DNA from: Lama glama
Taxonomy: Eukaryota
Assembly: GCA_028534125.1 (NCBI GenBank)
Contig: CM052819.1
Span: 97,278,001-97,342,000 of the forward strand
Direction of reading: 5' to 3'
DNA: 64,000 nt
Both the position numbers and the translations under genes were made by a program. Position 1 is the stretch's first letter; each line of letters starts with the position of its first letter. Below are positions 61,432 through 64,000 of the stretch, piece by piece. The notes below the pieces were generated by a model. It worked only from the letters and a program-made list of their open reading frames with translations. It was not told where the DNA came from and did no database searches.

Positions 61432-61528
61432 GAAAACTACTGAGCACCTACTGTGTACTAACACCTACTACTCCTCACGGTGGGAAGAATCTTTTTCCAC
61501 CCTCCTGGAAGGAAAAAAAGCAGACCTC

Positions 61529-61991
61529 TAACTCTGGGTTGAATTATGTCCCCCACCCAAATTCACATGTCACTGTCTCAACCCCCCAAACCTCATAATG
61601 TGGTCTTATTTGGAATGGGGTCACTGCAGATGTTATTAGTTAGGACAAAGTCATACCAGAGGAGGGTGGCCCCCAATCCAATATGACCAGTGTCCTCATA
61701 AACAGGAAATTTGGACACAGAGGAGCACACTGGGAGAACACCATGTGAAGATGAAGGCAGAGATCGGGGTGGCAATTCCCCAAGCCAAGAAAGGCTGAAG
61801 ATTGCCAGCCAGCTGCCAAAAGCTGGGGGGGGGGGGGGGCAGGGGGAAGCATAGAACAGATTGTCCCTCCCAGCATCAGGAGGAAACTTGACCTTGGACT
61901 TCCAGCCTCCAGAACTGTGAGACAAGGCATTTTTGCTGTTTAAGCTCCCCAGTCTGTGACACTTTGTTATGGCTACCCCAGGAAACTAACA
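61529..61991 (+). mobile_element. MLT1B-like MaLR solo LTR
   Basis: gggttgaattatgtccccc...ttatttggaatggggtcactgcagatg...ccatgtgaagatgaaggcagagat...ggacttccagcctccagaactgtgagacaa. Confidence 0.88.
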
Positions 61992-63248
61992 TCACTTCTC
62001 TTTCAACACCCCTAACTCATTCCTCTCAGGAAAGACAAGGGCTTCCCTAGTTGGCGGATTGGAAGAAGATACTGAACACGTGATGCCTGGTGCCTTCTGG
62101 ATTCTCTCTTCTGGAACCGACCACCTTCAAGACTTACCTTTTCCTCCTCTGCCCTGTTCCCAGGGTTGGCCAGCCCTGCGCATGGGGAAGGGTGGTGAGC
62201 AAGCCCATTTGGCCCTCACCTCTAAGCCTGTTCTCCCACCAGCTCTTTCTGTAATAAGGCTGGTATCCTGACCTCCCATCTGTCTGAATTCTCGGTTATA
62301 GTCATCAATTGGCGCTGAACTCTGGGAAGAGAAGGGGGTGATTAATTATCACCTTTCAAACCACGAAAGTGCCCTTCACATAGTTCCACCATTGAATTCT
62401 CATGACACCCCTGTGCTCTCCATGTACAAGGGGAGCAACTGAGACTCAAGAAGGTTTTGTCTCTTGGCCACAGTCCCAGGACTATTGGGTGGGGAGCCAG
62501 GAGTCCAACCCACATTTTGTGACAGCAAATCCTACCTTCTTTCAATAAAAATCACTCTTCTGATTTCTCATAGCAAGTCAAGCATCCAAGAAGAAGAAGA
62601 AAAAATAAGGTAAAAGTCTTTGTTAAAGATCTTAAGTGAAGTAGAAGAGAAAACCCAGTTGGTTACCAGTGAGAGTCAGTAAAAGTGATGAGGCCTGGGC
62701 TCCTCCAAGCCAAGCAGCACTTAGTCACCTACCGAACTGCCCAGGAGGAAGAGCTTTTCCACGCTGGGGGAAACTGACAATTTTAGGCTTATTCATAGGG
62801 CTGGTTGAAGCACAGACTACTTAAGTATCAAGCCAGAACCACTTGAACATGGACATAATGTCTACTGCAATGTCTGTTGGCCTGTAGACTCCAATGAGCT
62901 GCCACTAGAATAGAATAGAATAAAACAAAACAAAACAAAATACTGGGAACTCACGACTTCCCACGATAGACCCAATTTTTCTCTTCGTCTCTTCTTTTCT
63001 TGTACTTTCCAATAATCTAGACTTGCTGGTGGTGGCTGGTATCACTGAACATCAGAGTTAAAGAGGTGGGAGTACTTTGAAATGGCTGGCTTCTTAAGAA
63101 ACCATCCTGTGTCCCAACTAAAGGACAGAAGGACACCTTTGCTGTTGCCCCACTAAGTGACCTGACAGAGGCAATGGAAAGATCCAGACACACTAAAGAT
63201 AAAATTTAATCTAAGTCCATACAAACTTCTATTAGAAATCCAAGTTTA

Positions 63249-63454
63249 TATATAAAAATAGATTAAAAAAACAAATTTCTTCTGTATAACATGGGGAATT
63301 ATATTCAATATCTTAAAATAACCTTTAATGAAAAAGAATATGAAAAGGAATATGTATGTATATGCATGATGGGGACATTCTGCTGTACATCAGAAATTGA
63401 CACATTGTAACTGACTGTACTTCAATAAAAAAAAGAAAGAAAGAAAGAAAGTAA
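63249..63454 (+). mobile_element. Short L1 3' end with TSD
   Basis: ttcttctgtataacatggggaattatattcaatatc...cagaaattgacacattgtaactgactgtacttcaat; TSD agaaa(tc/cc)(c/t)aagttta at 63234-63248 and 63455-63469. Confidence 0.9.
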
Positions 63455-63779
63455 AGAAACCTAAGTTTAAATACGATCAGCAAGACAGGAACTGGTGAGG
63501 AAGACGGGTACACATGTGGTTCCACACCATCTAGATAACTGAAAGCTCAAGGAAACGACTGGGTCATGTGGCTGCAGAAGGAAAAAAAAAAAAAACTACA
63601 TGCTGTAAAAGCTAAGAAGGGATCTAGAAAAATGAAGGTTGTGATCAAAACACAGCTGGAATAATGGGATCAGCTCTAGGAAACACAACCTACTCCAAGG
63701 AGGTCGTTGACAGTCTGCAGAACGACTCGGAAAAGAAAGCAGAAGAACTCTGCGTGGTCTAAGAACAAAGCCCCAGGAA

Positions 63780-63890
63780 TGAGCTACAGGAAACGGTAAC
63801 GTTTAACCTGGAAAGAGAGAGAAAAGGAAGACACAGCAACGATCTTCAGATGCTTGAGGTGCCGACTGGTGAAGGCATTGGAAGAGGAGA
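63780..63890 (+). mobile_element. L3/CR1 fragment
   Basis: gtttaacctggaaagagaga...gatcttcagatgcttgaggtgc resembles the CR1 3' ORF2 motif (LGMFSLEKRR...VFKYLKG). Confidence 0.45.
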
Positions 63891-64000
63891 TAATTAAAAT
63901 TAGAGACGCACCCCTGCCAAAATGGAACAAGGCTGCTTAGTGACAGAATTTTGATCTCCAGTGGTATTTGGAGGGACAGATAGAAGCCCGTAGGTCACAG

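Noticed and set aside
62130-62250. Perfect minus-strand donor AAG|gtaagt at ~62137
   Set aside because: No convincing partner acceptor; isolated consensus donors are common in 64 kb.
63800-63830. Strong minus-strand acceptor (cttttctctctctttccag)
   Set aside because: It coincides with an L3/CR1 remnant and has no good donor nearby.
1-64000. Numerous 60-160 aa six-frame ORFs as protein-coding genes
   Set aside because: They overlap in several frames, many start at GTG/TTG or lie in repeats, and none resembles a known domain. This is expected noise in mammalian non-coding DNA.

Overview
This is mammalian genomic DNA, most likely camelid. The evidence is tRNA-derived SINEs of the Vic-1 type (GGGGAGGGTATAGCTCAGTGGTAGAGCGCATGCTTAGCATGC...) plus cetartiodactyl-type L1 3' ends. 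The window is essentially non-coding and rich in interspersed repeats: L1, L2, L3/CR1, MIR, camelid SINEs, MaLR/ERVL/ERV1 solo LTRs and hAT-type MER elements. It also holds microsatellites and four N gaps. None of the six-frame ORFs is a recognisable host protein; the only identifiable one (25366-25614) is a fossil L1 ORF2 C-terminal fragment. A-rich + strand composition and + strand bias of L1/LTR insertions suggest the window lies in introns of a large gene transcribed on the - strand. The best splice-signal candidates are also on the - strand: a 22-nt microexon containing ATGAAAG (35439-35460), a 147-nt open phase-1/phase-1 exon (648-794) and a 40/49-nt exon (55168-55216). I cannot name the host gene. 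I found no convincing novel biological system; the notable points are these candidate exons and several nested or repeated retrotransposon insertions with visible target-site duplications. Repeat subfamily names come from recalled consensus sequences, not a database search.
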